Shown: positions 19,348 to 29,030 of the stretch, piece after piece
Layout: each line of letters opens with the position of its first letter
How positions within the stretch are numbered: the first letter of the stretch is position 1
Assembly (NCBI GenBank): GCA_038893355.1
Contig: JAWARQ010000008.1
Coordinates: forward strand, 1 to 34,145
Length of the DNA stretch: 34,145 bases
Direction of reading: 5' to 3'
Origin: Sulfolobaceae archaeon
Lineage (GTDB): Archaea; Thermoproteota; Thermoprotei_A; Sulfolobales; Sulfolobaceae
Notes under the pieces: generated by a model
What the model was told of the DNA's origin: nothing
The model's input: only the letters and a program-made list of their open reading frames with translations
Database searches by the model: none
Program-made: the position numbers and the translations under genes

Positions 19348-19476
19348 TACTGCGATAATTTGTTTAAACAAATCACGTTTTTTGTTTTAATATTCTTCGA
19401 GATGTTTATACATAAAACACTGTTATAAATAAAAAACGTTTTTATAGATATATCGGAAAATAGGTGTGGGAGTAGT

Positions 19477-20523
19477 ATGAAAACTGAGAAGGAACCACCT
19501 ATAATAATTACTCCAGAAGGTAAGGTGGTTAGAACCCATTATTATAGTGTTAAGAAGGGTATAGAGTGGAAATCTTTTCCAATGAGGCTATGGGAAATCT
19601 CACAAAGGCTCTTCTGGTCCCCACTTCAATTTGAAAGACATATTCAAGAAGATGCTGAAGATTGGAAAAAGATGACAGAAGCTGAGAGAGAAATTTCGGA
19701 ATACATAGCAACTTTGTTTGCTGCTGGCGAGGAAAGTGTAGCAAGATATCTAGCGGAATTAGTAGTGGCTTTAGACGAATTAGGCTATACAGAGGAAGTA
19801 TTGTTCTTAAATCAATTTCAACAGGAGGAATCTAGGCATACTGATGCATTTAGGAGATGGATGGATACAGTTGGAATTCCTGCAGATGTTGAAAAGTGGG
19901 CTATTATGAATAAACCATATTATGAACTGTTTTACATAGCATTACCATCTGCTGCACACAGTGTTAAGAATAACCCTACCCCAGAAAATATAATAAGATT
20001 TACTGCAACATATATGTTTTCTATAGAGGGAATAGCAGCAGAAACTGGGTTCTATTTCTGGAGGACAATGTGGGAGAATGGAAAACATCTAAGAGGGATA
20101 TATGAAATAGTAAAAAGGGTAGCATTAGATGAGTCTAGGCATGTAGCCTTCGGAACCTATTTGACTACAATGTTAATTAGCGAATATGGTGAAGAATTAT
20201 ATGAGAAGTTTATCGAGTACTTTAACTATGCAGGTGGTCTAGGAGTTAGGTTAGTAGGAGAGATAATAGAATATGAAATGAATAAGTGGGAAGGTCAGAG
20301 AGAAAAATGGGGTAATTACTTTAAGTGGGTTTATGAAGAAAATGGATTAGGTTCACTAACCGCTTATGCTGCAAAAATGGTACAAAATAGGCTTTATTAC
20401 GTAAATAAATTAAAGAATGCTAATAAAGAGAAATTAAGATTTTTACCAATAAGAGAACTAGATGTAATAGAATCTGAAGACGTTATAGAGAAGTACTTAA
20501 CTCCAGAGTTTACTCCACAATAA
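19477..20523 (+). CDS. R2-like ligand-binding oxidase (R2lox; Mn/Fe ferritin-like)
   Basis: FPMRLWE..FWSP, FAAGEESV (E85, V88), EESRH (E118, H121), TYMFSIEG (Y179, E184) and DESRHVAFG (E219, H222). This is the complete 4Glu/2His site plus the Tyr/Val pair that cross-links in R2lox. Confidence 0.88.
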   Translation: MKTEKEPPIIITPEGKVVRTHYYSVKKGIEWKSFPMRLWEISQRLFWSPLQFERHIQEDAEDWKKMTEAEREISEYIATLFAAGEESVARYLAELVVALDELGYTEEVLFLNQFQQEESRHTDAFRRWMDTVGIPADVEKWAIMNKPYYELFYIALPSAAHSVKNNPTPENIIRFTATYMFSIEGIAAETGFYFWRTMWENGKHLRGIYEIVKRVALDESRHVAFGTYLTTMLISEYGEELYEKFIEYFNYAGGLGVRLVGEIIEYEMNKWEGQREKWGNYFKWVYEENGLGSLTAYAAKMVQNRLYYVNKLKNANKEKLRFLPIRELDVIESEDVIEKYLTPEFTPQ

Positions 20524-20533
20524 TTTTTTGATA

Positions 20534-20549
20534 GAAAAATATTTAAACC
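20534..20549 (+). promoter_or_regulatory. BRE-TATA for the Zn-ADH gene, just after a T-tract following the R2lox stop
   Basis: GAAAAATATTTAAACC lies about 25-30 nt before ATG 20572. TTTTTT follows directly after the TAA at 20523. Confidence 0.5.
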
Positions 20550-20571
20550 TTTAAATTTATTTTTATATACT

Positions 20572-21624
20572 ATGAAAGCAGCAGTATACCTAGGTTCAGG
20601 TAAACCGTTAGTTATAAAAGATGTAGAAAAGCCTAGACCAGCGGAAGGTGAGATACTAGTAAAAGTAGCATCAACCGGAGTTTGCCACTCAGATATACAT
20701 CATATGAAGGGTGAACTATTAGGCTCTCCACCACCTGAAGGCTTCATACTTGGTCATGAAGTATCAGGCTGGGTTGAGGATTTTGGGCCTAATACTACTA
20801 ATCCTTATGGTCTTAAAAAGGGAGATCCTGTCATCGTTTCTTGGTTAGTACCTTGTGGAAAGTGTAAATATTGTGCATCTGGAAAGGAGAATTATTGTAA
20901 TTACATTATGGCTAGAATGCCTGGGCTTATTGCATTAAATGGTGGTCATGCCGAATATTTAACAGTTCCAGAGATAGCCGTAATTCCTGCCGATCCAAAG
21001 CTAGATATAAAGTTCTCCTCACCAATTTCATGTGCATATGGAACTGCTTATGGTGCTCTTAAATCCGCAGAAGCTAGGGCGGGGCAAAGTATAGTTATAA
21101 TTGGTGTAGGAGGAGTAGGATCTGCTGCTATTCAGTTAGCTCACGTAATGGGGTTATATCCAATTATTGCAGTAGATGTAATTGAAAGTAAGCTAAAGAG
21201 GGCGATTGAACTCGGGGCTTCTCATACTGTAAATGCTTCAAGTGAAGAAGCAGTACAAAGGATATTAGAAGTATTACCAGATGGTGCTGATATCGTATAT
21301 GAAACTAAGCCAAACCCTGACTTACAATTGGCATTTAACGTAGTTTCGAGAGCTGGAACTATAGTTGTTACCGGTTTGGGTTCAGTAAGTTCAACTTTTC
21401 AGTTATTAACTAACTTGTTCGTATCAAGGGGAATTAAGGTGATAGGGAGTTTAGGCTATAGACCGAGGATCGATCTACCAGAACTTGTTAGATTAGCAGC
21501 TTCTGGAAAACTAGAGGTAAGAAAGCTAGTCACGCACGTTTATAAGCCAGAACAAATAAATGAGGCTTACCATAATCTAGAGAAGGGAATACACTTAAGG
21601 GCAATAGTGGACTGGAGTTCGTGA
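20572..21624 (+). CDS. Zn-dependent alcohol dehydrogenase (MDR)
   Basis: CHSD, GHE, structural Zn CGKCKYCASGKENYC, and GVGGVG followed by Asp in AVDV (NAD-preferring). Confidence 0.93.
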   Translation: MKAAVYLGSGKPLVIKDVEKPRPAEGEILVKVASTGVCHSDIHHMKGELLGSPPPEGFILGHEVSGWVEDFGPNTTNPYGLKKGDPVIVSWLVPCGKCKYCASGKENYCNYIMARMPGLIALNGGHAEYLTVPEIAVIPADPKLDIKFSSPISCAYGTAYGALKSAEARAGQSIVIIGVGGVGSAAIQLAHVMGLYPIIAVDVIESKLKRAIELGASHTVNASSEEAVQRILEVLPDGADIVYETKPNPDLQLAFNVVSRAGTIVVTGLGSVSSTFQLLTNLFVSRGIKVIGSLGYRPRIDLPELVRLAASGKLEVRKLVTHVYKPEQINEAYHNLEKGIHLRAIVDWSS

Positions 21625-21672
21625 TCAAGTAAAATTTTTATACTTTTATCGATATATCTGTACTGAGATAAA

Positions 21673-22872
21673 TTGGTTCTTCCTTTCAGTACCTCAGAAA
21701 TCTATAATATAAGAATAACAGAAAACCATGAGTTATTTAGGAAGGCCGTAAGGGAATTTATGGAGAGAGAAGTAGCACCTTATGTGGAAAAAGGTGAAAG
21801 AGAAGGAACAATACCACAGGAGGTGCTCGAAAAAGCTAAAGAGTTAGGACTTTTTGGAATCTCAGTGCCCCAACAGTACGGAGGACAGGGTGGAGATGGT
21901 CTAATGACAGCGATGGCAGTTGAGGAGATGTCTAGGGTATGGCCATCATTTGCTGCTAGGGTTACTGTAGGTGGATTATTTATGACACCAATACTTTTAT
22001 TCGGTACTGAAGAACAGAAGAAAAAGTATGTTACTCCTGTTGCTAAAGGCGAGAAAGTTGCAGCATTTGCAAATACTGAACCAGTTGCAGGATCAGATGT
22101 TGCTGGAATTCAGTCTGTAGCTAAGAAAGTTAATGGTAAATACATACTTACTGGCAGGAAGATATTCATTACTAATGGAGGGATTGCCGATTATTATGTG
22201 GTAACCGCAAGAACTTCTCCACCAGAGCCTGGAGCTAGATGGAAAGGTATATCAATGTTCATAGTTGAGAGGGAATGGAAAGGGGTTAAGGTTTTAGGTA
22301 GAATAGAGACTATAGGGCTAAGGGCCTCAAATACTGCAGAACTAGCTTTTGAAGAAGTTGAAATTCCTGAAGAGAACTTAATAGGTCAAGAAGGAATGGG
22401 CTTCAAGTATGCTATGACGACTTTTGATATTAGTAGAGTTGGAGTTGCAGCTCAAGGTGTAGGTGTCGCCCAAGCTGCACTAGAAAAGATGGTAACTTAT
22501 GCAGTACAGAGGAGAGCTTTTGAATCCCCACTCATAGGATTTCAAATGGTTCAAGAGAAGATTGCAGAGTCAATTACAGAAGTAAACACTGCTAGGCTTT
22601 TGACTTACTGGGCTGCTTCGTTATTTGATCAGGGGAAGTTTGATGAGGCTGTAGTTGCAGCCTCTATGGCTAAGTACTATGCAACTGAGGTAGCTGAAAA
22701 GGTTGCAATAAGGGCTATAACGATTCACGGCGGATATGGTGTTGCTACATCCACTGGTGTAGAAAGGTTATTAAGGGATGTAGAGGTTATGAAGATTTAT
22801 GAAGGTGCTAATGACATCCAAAAACTAGTAATATTAAAGGAAACTGCAAGAAGATTATTAAAAGTATTTTAA
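21673..22872 (+). CDS. Acyl-CoA dehydrogenase
   Basis: FANTEPVAGSD, GRKIFITNG, IHGGYG and KIYEGAN (catalytic Glu in the SCAD/MCAD position). TTG start. Confidence 0.95.
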   Translation: MVLPFSTSEIYNIRITENHELFRKAVREFMEREVAPYVEKGEREGTIPQEVLEKAKELGLFGISVPQQYGGQGGDGLMTAMAVEEMSRVWPSFAARVTVGGLFMTPILLFGTEEQKKKYVTPVAKGEKVAAFANTEPVAGSDVAGIQSVAKKVNGKYILTGRKIFITNGGIADYYVVTARTSPPEPGARWKGISMFIVEREWKGVKVLGRIETIGLRASNTAELAFEEVEIPEENLIGQEGMGFKYAMTTFDISRVGVAAQGVGVAQAALEKMVTYAVQRRAFESPLIGFQMVQEKIAESITEVNTARLLTYWAASLFDQGKFDEAVVAASMAKYYATEVAEKVAIRAITIHGGYGVATSTGVERLLRDVEVMKIYEGANDIQKLVILKETARRLLKVF

Positions 22873-22945
22873 CTTTTAAAATAAATTTTTATTTTATTTA
22901 ATAGAATTATTCAATTTGAAAGCAAATCTAAAGAAAAGTTTTTAA

Positions 22946-24589
22946 ATGTTTAACAATATTTTTATTATGATGTCTTGGTATTACAACTATCAGCTAACGA
23001 TAGATAAAATACTCGAAGCTGGAGAAACTGTGTGGCAAAATAGAGAAATAGTCTATAGTGATAAGAGGAGGTATACATTTAAGAAGTTTGCAGAATCAGT
23101 AAAGGTTCTGGCTAATAATCTAAAGAAGCTCGGAATAAAGAAGGGTGATAGAATAGCAGTTGTTGACTGGGATACAGACGTCTATATGCATTCTTATTAT
23201 GCAATTCCAATGATTGGGGCAACTCTCCATACGGTTAATATCAGATATCCTATAGAACTCATAATAAAGACAATTCTTCACGCTGAAGATAAATGGATAA
23301 TCGTAAGGGACGACATGATAGGTCTAGTAGAAGATATAAGGAACTTCAATCCAAACATAAAGTTTATAGTATATAATGATGATCAAGAGAAGATAAAGAC
23401 TGATGAAAAAACAATAAACTTCTGGGACCTATTATCTGGAGAACCTAAATACGATGCAGATGAAGAAGGGTTAAGAGAAGACATGATGGCTACATTATTC
23501 TACACCTCAGGGACTACGGGGGATCCCAAAGGAGTTTGGTTCACACATAGGGATATAGTCCTGCATACTTTATCCTTAGCAGTACTGTCTAGGGCACCAC
23601 CATTAGAATTAACGACTAAGGATGTGTTAATGATTCTAGTCCCAATGTTCCATGTACACTCTTGGGGATTCCCGTATGTAGCATTACTTACTGGCGCTAA
23701 ATATGTATTGCCCGGGCCTTATAATCCGTCTAAAGAATTGCAACTAATTGCAAGAGAAGGTGTAACTTTTTCCGCAATGGTTCCTACGATTCTCTTTATG
23801 CTTTTAAGCCAACCAGATATTGATAACTATAAGGAGCATCTAAAAAGGCTTAAGATTGCAATAGGTGGGGAAAGGTTAAACGAAGGTCTAGCGAGAAAGG
23901 CTAGAGAGTATGGTATTACACTCATAGGAGGCTACGGATTATCTGAAACCTGCCCTGTATTAACAGTTGCTTATTATAATTCATTAATCGAAAATCTAGA
24001 TCCTGAAACTAAATTCCAAAAACAAATTTCCGCAGGAGTTCCTATGCCATTTGTTAAAATTAAAATAGTTGACGAAGAAGGTAATGAGTTACCAAGAGGT
24101 AAAATTGGAGAAGTTGTAGTTAGAGCACCTTGGGTTACGAGAGAATATTTCAAAGATCCTGAAAAAACTACTAAACTATGGAGGGGAGGATGGCTACACA
24201 CTGGAGATTTAGGCTATATAGATGAATATGGTTACTTAAATATAGTCGATAGAGATAAGGACGCAATAAAGAGTGGCGGCGAATTTATTCCGTCATTACT
24301 TTTAGAGAACGTTATATCATTACATCCTAAAGTTGCAGAAGTTACTGTGGTTGGGGTAAAGCATGAAAAATGGGGTGAAAGGCCCGTAGCCTTTATAGTA
24401 CCTAATGGTGAGTTAGATGAAATGGAGCTAAGGAAGTTCTTAATGCAAAAGGTAGATGAAGGTAAAATTCAAAAGTGGTGGATTCCAGATAAGATATTCT
24501 TTGTGGACTATATTCCAAAGACTTCTACGAATAAGGCTGATAAGAAGATATTAAGAGAAATGGCTAATCAAGCAATGCAACAGAAATAA
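22946..24589 (+). CDS. Fatty-acid--CoA ligase (AMP-forming)
   Basis: FYTSGTTGDPKG, PMFHVHSWG, GYGLSET, WLHTGD and KSGGE. The true start is likely the Met near 22967-22970 (MSWYYNYQLT), matching the paralog. Confidence 0.93.
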   Translation: MFNNIFIMMSWYYNYQLTIDKILEAGETVWQNREIVYSDKRRYTFKKFAESVKVLANNLKKLGIKKGDRIAVVDWDTDVYMHSYYAIPMIGATLHTVNIRYPIELIIKTILHAEDKWIIVRDDMIGLVEDIRNFNPNIKFIVYNDDQEKIKTDEKTINFWDLLSGEPKYDADEEGLREDMMATLFYTSGTTGDPKGVWFTHRDIVLHTLSLAVLSRAPPLELTTKDVLMILVPMFHVHSWGFPYVALLTGAKYVLPGPYNPSKELQLIAREGVTFSAMVPTILFMLLSQPDIDNYKEHLKRLKIAIGGERLNEGLARKAREYGITLIGGYGLSETCPVLTVAYYNSLIENLDPETKFQKQISAGVPMPFVKIKIVDEEGNELPRGKIGEVVVRAPWVTREYFKDPEKTTKLWRGGWLHTGDLGYIDEYGYLNIVDRDKDAIKSGGEFIPSLLLENVISLHPKVAEVTVVGVKHEKWGERPVAFIVPNGELDEMELRKFLMQKVDEGKIQKWWIPDKIFFVDYIPKTSTNKADKKILREMANQAMQQK

Positions 24590-24592
24590 AAA

Positions 24593-26287
24593 CTATTTCT
24601 TACCTTTTTTCTCCTTATCTTGTAAAACTCTCCATAATATTTTTCCAGAACCACTCTTTGGTAAAGATTCTACAAATTCAATAACTCTAGGATATTCATA
24701 GGCAGACATCCTCTCCTTAGCCCAATTAATTATATCATTTTCAGTTATTTTACCCTTATACTCAGGCTTTAATACTACATATGCCTTGACTTCTTCACCG
24801 ACTCTCGAATCTGGAGTCGCAACTACTGCAACCTCTAAAATCGCTGGGTGTTGATACATTATATTCTCGATTCTTGTAGGCCATACTTTAAATCCGGCCC
24901 TATTAATCATTCTCTTTAATCTATCCACAAAGAAGAAATAGCCTTCTTCATCCATGTAGCCTATGTCTCCAGTTCTAAAATACTTCTTACCATTAATCTC
25001 TATGAATGCCTTCTTAGTCTCTTCTTCGTTATTCCAGTAACCTAGAAAGATATTCGGGCCTCTAACAACTATTTCTCCTTCCTTTCTCGGCGGTAAGACT
25101 TCTCCAGTATTAGGATCTATTACTAATGCGTCTACACAGAAGTGAGGAATTCCTAAGCATTGTAACTTTGGTCTATGGGGAGGATTAACATGGGTTTGTG
25201 AAATAGTCTCCGTTAACCCATAACCCTCTACGTATGTTAAGCCTAATAAATCCTTAAGCCTTTTCGCTACTGCTTCTGGCATTGGAGCTCCACCACCTCC
25301 TACAACAACTAGAGATTTTAAATTCCTCTTCTCTATCCCTGGCGTTGCTAAAAGGTCTACAACCATTGTAGATATATTGACCCAATGTGTTACCTCATAC
25401 CTCTCTATTGCATCGATTGCTGTATCCCTATCCCATGCTGTCATTAAGACTATTTTAGCACCAACATATAATGGTACGTTTATGGTATGTATTAATCCAG
25501 TAACGTGGAATATAGGTAATGCCGCTAAGTAGACTGCAGACGGAACTGCCGTAAACCAATAAGCAGAGCCTAATGTCGTAGCCCATATTGTAAAGTGACT
25601 ATGAATACACCCTTTAGGCAGTCCAGTACTACCAGAAGTATACGGTATCATTGCGATATCGTTAACAGTAACTTCTATTGGTGGTGGAGAAACTCTAGCA
25701 CTCATCACTTCATTCCATGCTATGACCCATGATGGTACTTCAGGATCGTTTTGCATTATAGGATGAGGTCTTAGCTCTGGCTTTTCTGGTAAATAGTCTC
25801 TAAATCTACACGCAATTATGTTCTTAACATCAGTTTTATCCTTTATTTTATTCACTTTACCTAATAAATTAGTCGTAGTTACTAAGACTTTTGAACCACT
25901 GTCCTTAAGGATATACTCTAATTCATCCTCTGCAAGTAATGGATTAATTGGAACTACAATTCCATTGGCCCTAAGTGTTCCAAAATATGCAATAATCCAT
26001 TGAGGCGTATTAGGCATGAATAGTGCAACTCTATCCCCCTTCTTAACCCCTATTTCATTAACGAATGTTGCAAATTTATTAATACTCTCCCATAACTCTT
26101 TGTAACTAATTTTTCTCCCATAATAAATTATTGAATCTTTATCAGGATATCTGGTAGCTGAAACTTCCACAATATTAAATAAGGGAACTCTAGGATAGTC
26201 TAATTTTCTCGGTACCCCTGGGGGCCAGTACTTAAACCATGGTCGATCTTCTGGAACATCACACTCATAATAATTCTTGTTTGTCAT
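24593..26287 (-). CDS. Long-chain fatty-acid--CoA ligase
   Basis: YTSGSTGLPKG, EGYGLTET, YFRTGD, RAGFKVWP and LPKSGSGK. Confidence 0.93.
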   Translation of the reverse strand: MTNKNYYECDVPEDRPWFKYWPPGVPRKLDYPRVPLFNIVEVSATRYPDKDSIIYYGRKISYKELWESINKFATFVNEIGVKKGDRVALFMPNTPQWIIAYFGTLRANGIVVPINPLLAEDELEYILKDSGSKVLVTTTNLLGKVNKIKDKTDVKNIIACRFRDYLPEKPELRPHPIMQNDPEVPSWVIAWNEVMSARVSPPPIEVTVNDIAMIPYTSGSTGLPKGCIHSHFTIWATTLGSAYWFTAVPSAVYLAALPIFHVTGLIHTINVPLYVGAKIVLMTAWDRDTAIDAIERYEVTHWVNISTMVVDLLATPGIEKRNLKSLVVVGGGGAPMPEAVAKRLKDLLGLTYVEGYGLTETISQTHVNPPHRPKLQCLGIPHFCVDALVIDPNTGEVLPPRKEGEIVVRGPNIFLGYWNNEEETKKAFIEINGKKYFRTGDIGYMDEEGYFFFVDRLKRMINRAGFKVWPTRIENIMYQHPAILEVAVVATPDSRVGEEVKAYVVLKPEYKGKITENDIINWAKERMSAYEYPRVIEFVESLPKSGSGKILWRVLQDKEKKGKK

Positions 26288-26384
26288 ATTTAATCATTAT
26301 ACTATAAAAGCATATTAATTTTTTGCATATTAACTAATATGAGAAGATTTTAGTTTAGATAATAAGTTTTTATCTAAAAATATT

Positions 26385-27458
26385 TTATAAATGCTCTGAA
26401 ATCCATTTTAATACAACCTTATTTACATCTTTCTCTACATTATCTCCGGTATATACATCAAGATGTCCATAACCTTTCAATAATACAAATTCAGAGTTAA
26501 TTGGTAGAAGCGAAGTATCAACTACATTAGCTCCAAATCTTTCACTAATAAACGCTATTGTTGGCACTTTGATCTCCTTATATCTTTCCTTAAAGCTGTA
26601 TAATCCTTGACTAATCTCTAGCCCTAGCCTATATGGCCAGTAGGGATCAAATGAAGCCAAGATGGGGAACATATCCTCTTTTTTGGAATAAGGATAGCTA
26701 TAAGGATTTGCAGAACCAGAGGAGTATAACATAAACATTAAATATTCTGCTAAATTCCCAAACCTCGGATCCGGACTCGGCATATCTGGATTAGCCAGAG
26801 CATATGCCCATATAGGATTATTAGGACCACCCCTACTCGGAATCGCGTAAATTCCCTTAATATCCATTTCCTCTATGCTTGAAACTTCTGGCTCATAAAA
26901 TCTAGGTCTTACCCCAGTCTTTATTGGTCCACCATCCAATAGTATTAACGCCTTAACATCTTCTTTCCAGTTAGAGACTGAAAAGTTCAAAGCAGCACCT
27001 GCACCAAAGCTTTCTCCTGCTAAAATTATTTTCTGTTCTTTATTATCATTCTTAATGAATTTCACACATAATTTTATATCATTAATCAATTCATTCCAGC
27101 CCCAATTCTTCATAAAGGATAACTCCCTACCTTTAAAATAAGGTGGTACATAGTGAGTTCTATAGTCGACAGTATACACACTATAACCATTCTTAGCCAG
27201 ATAGAGGGCTAACATTTTTTTAACGTCCAGCTCGGCATATCTTACACCGTTCCAGCTTAAGCTAACTAACTGTTCTCCACTTGACCAAGTGCCGGGTAGA
27301 ATTAAGATTGAGCCTCCCCCATAGCCCTTATCTTTAAGGAGTACTTTATGAATAGATATAATGTCGAATGGAGAGTTCCCCACCCTTATCTTCCAAACTT
27401 TTTCAATTAAATCGTCTAGAATATTTCTTTCCTTTACTAGAATCCAGTTCTGTGACAT
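26385..27458 (-). CDS. Alpha/beta-hydrolase (putative lipase/esterase)
   Basis: ILPGTWSS oxyanion region, nucleophile elbow GESFG, LILLDG, and C-terminal GYGHLD (catalytic His). Confidence 0.9.
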   Translation of the reverse strand: MSQNWILVKERNILDDLIEKVWKIRVGNSPFDIISIHKVLLKDKGYGGGSILILPGTWSSGEQLVSLSWNGVRYAELDVKKMLALYLAKNGYSVYTVDYRTHYVPPYFKGRELSFMKNWGWNELINDIKLCVKFIKNDNKEQKIILAGESFGAGAALNFSVSNWKEDVKALILLDGGPIKTGVRPRFYEPEVSSIEEMDIKGIYAIPSRGGPNNPIWAYALANPDMPSPDPRFGNLAEYLMFMLYSSGSANPYSYPYSKKEDMFPILASFDPYWPYRLGLEISQGLYSFKERYKEIKVPTIAFISERFGANVVDTSLLPINSEFVLLKGYGHLDVYTGDNVEKDVNKVVLKWISEHL

Positions 27459-27499
27459 AAAAATGAATGGGAATTAAAAAATAAAAATACATTTTAAGT

Positions 27500-28813
27500 T
27501 CATTCTTTCAATTCTTTCTTGTGGGTCTCTTTAGTAAACGCCATTGCTGCAGCTGAAATTATAGCATAGATAGAGCCCATTAAAGCAATATAAGGCCATG
27601 CTACTAAAGGATTGGAACCATAGATAGAGAATATCCAGCCAGCAATAATTGGTGCTAAACCTCCAGATAATGGGGTCGATAAGTGATACGCGAATGACGA
27701 ACCAGTGTACCTATATCTTGCTGGGAATTGTTCAGAAAAGAATGCTGAATATGTGGCATATCCTAAATAGCCAACATTACCTAATATCCCTGCGAGGATA
27801 ATTAACCCAACGTCCTTAGTATTTAGAAGCATGAAATATGGAAACTGGTATGCAGCAGCTAAAAGCGCTGCTGCAATAATTATCGGCTTTCTTCCTAACT
27901 TGTCTGCAATAAACGCACCAGCGATTACAAAGAATATAGCTACTGTAGCGGTTATCATGTTAAGTAATTGCGGAAAGGTTCTGGGAAAACCTAAGGCTAT
28001 AAGGTATGCTTGCCCAAAACTTAAGGAGACATAAAATGTTGCATTATTGTAAGTCCAACCTATTGCTAATAATAGGACAGTCTTCCATTGCTCCTTCATT
28101 AATGTAACAAATGGAACTCTCTCTACCCTTCTCTGGCTTAATATTTGTTGGAACATAGGGCTCTCGAATATCTTGTACCTAATAATTGCACCTACAACGA
28201 GTACTGCTGCACCAACATAGTAAGCTATTCTCCATCCAGTATCTAAAAACGCACTAGGAGGATAGGCGAACTGGAGTAGTAAGAATGCAGCATTTGAAGT
28301 TATAACTCCAAAAGGTACCCCTTGCTGTACCCAGCTAGCCCAGAAGGCCCTATACTTACTTTTAGCAGCATATTCCGTTATTATAGTTGATGCACCACCC
28401 CACTCTCCACCAACAGCTAAACCTTGTAGAAGTCTAAAAATTACTAGTAGTATTCCAGCCCAAATTCCAATGCCAGGCCAAAAGCCTGTAGAATTATAGG
28501 GAGGGGTTAAGCCTATCCCTAAGGTTCCAATACCCATAAAGACTAAAGTTAATACTAGGGTAGTTTTTCTGCCCTTTTTATCTCCTATGTGACCAAAAAT
28601 TATTGCTCCAATTGGTCTAGCAACAAATCCCAGTCCAAAAGTTACTAATGCGCTAAGTAAACTAACAGCGGGGTCTTTAGAGTAGAAATGCGTATAAGGC
28701 CATACTATTGCAGCTGCTGTCGCTGATATAAAGAAGTCATACCACTCTATTGTAGTCCCTATCGTACTTGCTACAGTTACTTTTATTACTTCTTTTCTGG
28801 GAAGTTCAGTCAT
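27500..28813 (-). CDS. MFS transporter, metabolite:H+ symporter (MHS) type
   Basis: GTTIEWYDF, RPIGAIIFGHIGDKKGRK, RLLQGLAVGGEWGG and ESP, with 12 TM helices. Confidence 0.93.
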   Translation of the reverse strand: MTELPRKEVIKVTVASTIGTTIEWYDFFISATAAAIVWPYTHFYSKDPAVSLLSALVTFGLGFVARPIGAIIFGHIGDKKGRKTTLVLTLVFMGIGTLGIGLTPPYNSTGFWPGIGIWAGILLVIFRLLQGLAVGGEWGGASTIITEYAAKSKYRAFWASWVQQGVPFGVITSNAAFLLLQFAYPPSAFLDTGWRIAYYVGAAVLVVGAIIRYKIFESPMFQQILSQRRVERVPFVTLMKEQWKTVLLLAIGWTYNNATFYVSLSFGQAYLIALGFPRTFPQLLNMITATVAIFFVIAGAFIADKLGRKPIIIAAALLAAAYQFPYFMLLNTKDVGLIILAGILGNVGYLGYATYSAFFSEQFPARYRYTGSSFAYHLSTPLSGGLAPIIAGWIFSIYGSNPLVAWPYIALMGSIYAIISAAAMAFTKETHKKELKE

Positions 28814-29030
28814 TGAAATATATAATAAAATTATAGAATTTAAACTTTAATTATCCGCTAGACCTAAGGGAGAATATATAAGTTAATAAGTTATTTTTTA
28901 TTGAATAATCAGATAGTAGGTACTATTGTTAAAATCATTTATATAAAATCTCTCTATTCTAAATTGCAAGCCTGTTAATCTTTATTATTTTTAAATATGC
29001 CTAATCTTAAAGTAAGTTTGGTGAGTAGGA

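Noticed and set aside
19477-20523. Annotation as ribonucleotide reductase beta subunit (nrdB/nrdF)
   Set aside because: The first ligand is Glu, Phe replaces the radical Tyr after the first ExxH, the R2lox Tyr/Val pair is present, there is no R1 gene, and the context is lipid genes.
20572-21624. Succinate-semialdehyde reductase or another 3HP/4HB-cycle enzyme
   Set aside because: Only generic MDR motifs, an Asp suggesting NAD use, and no carbon-fixation context.
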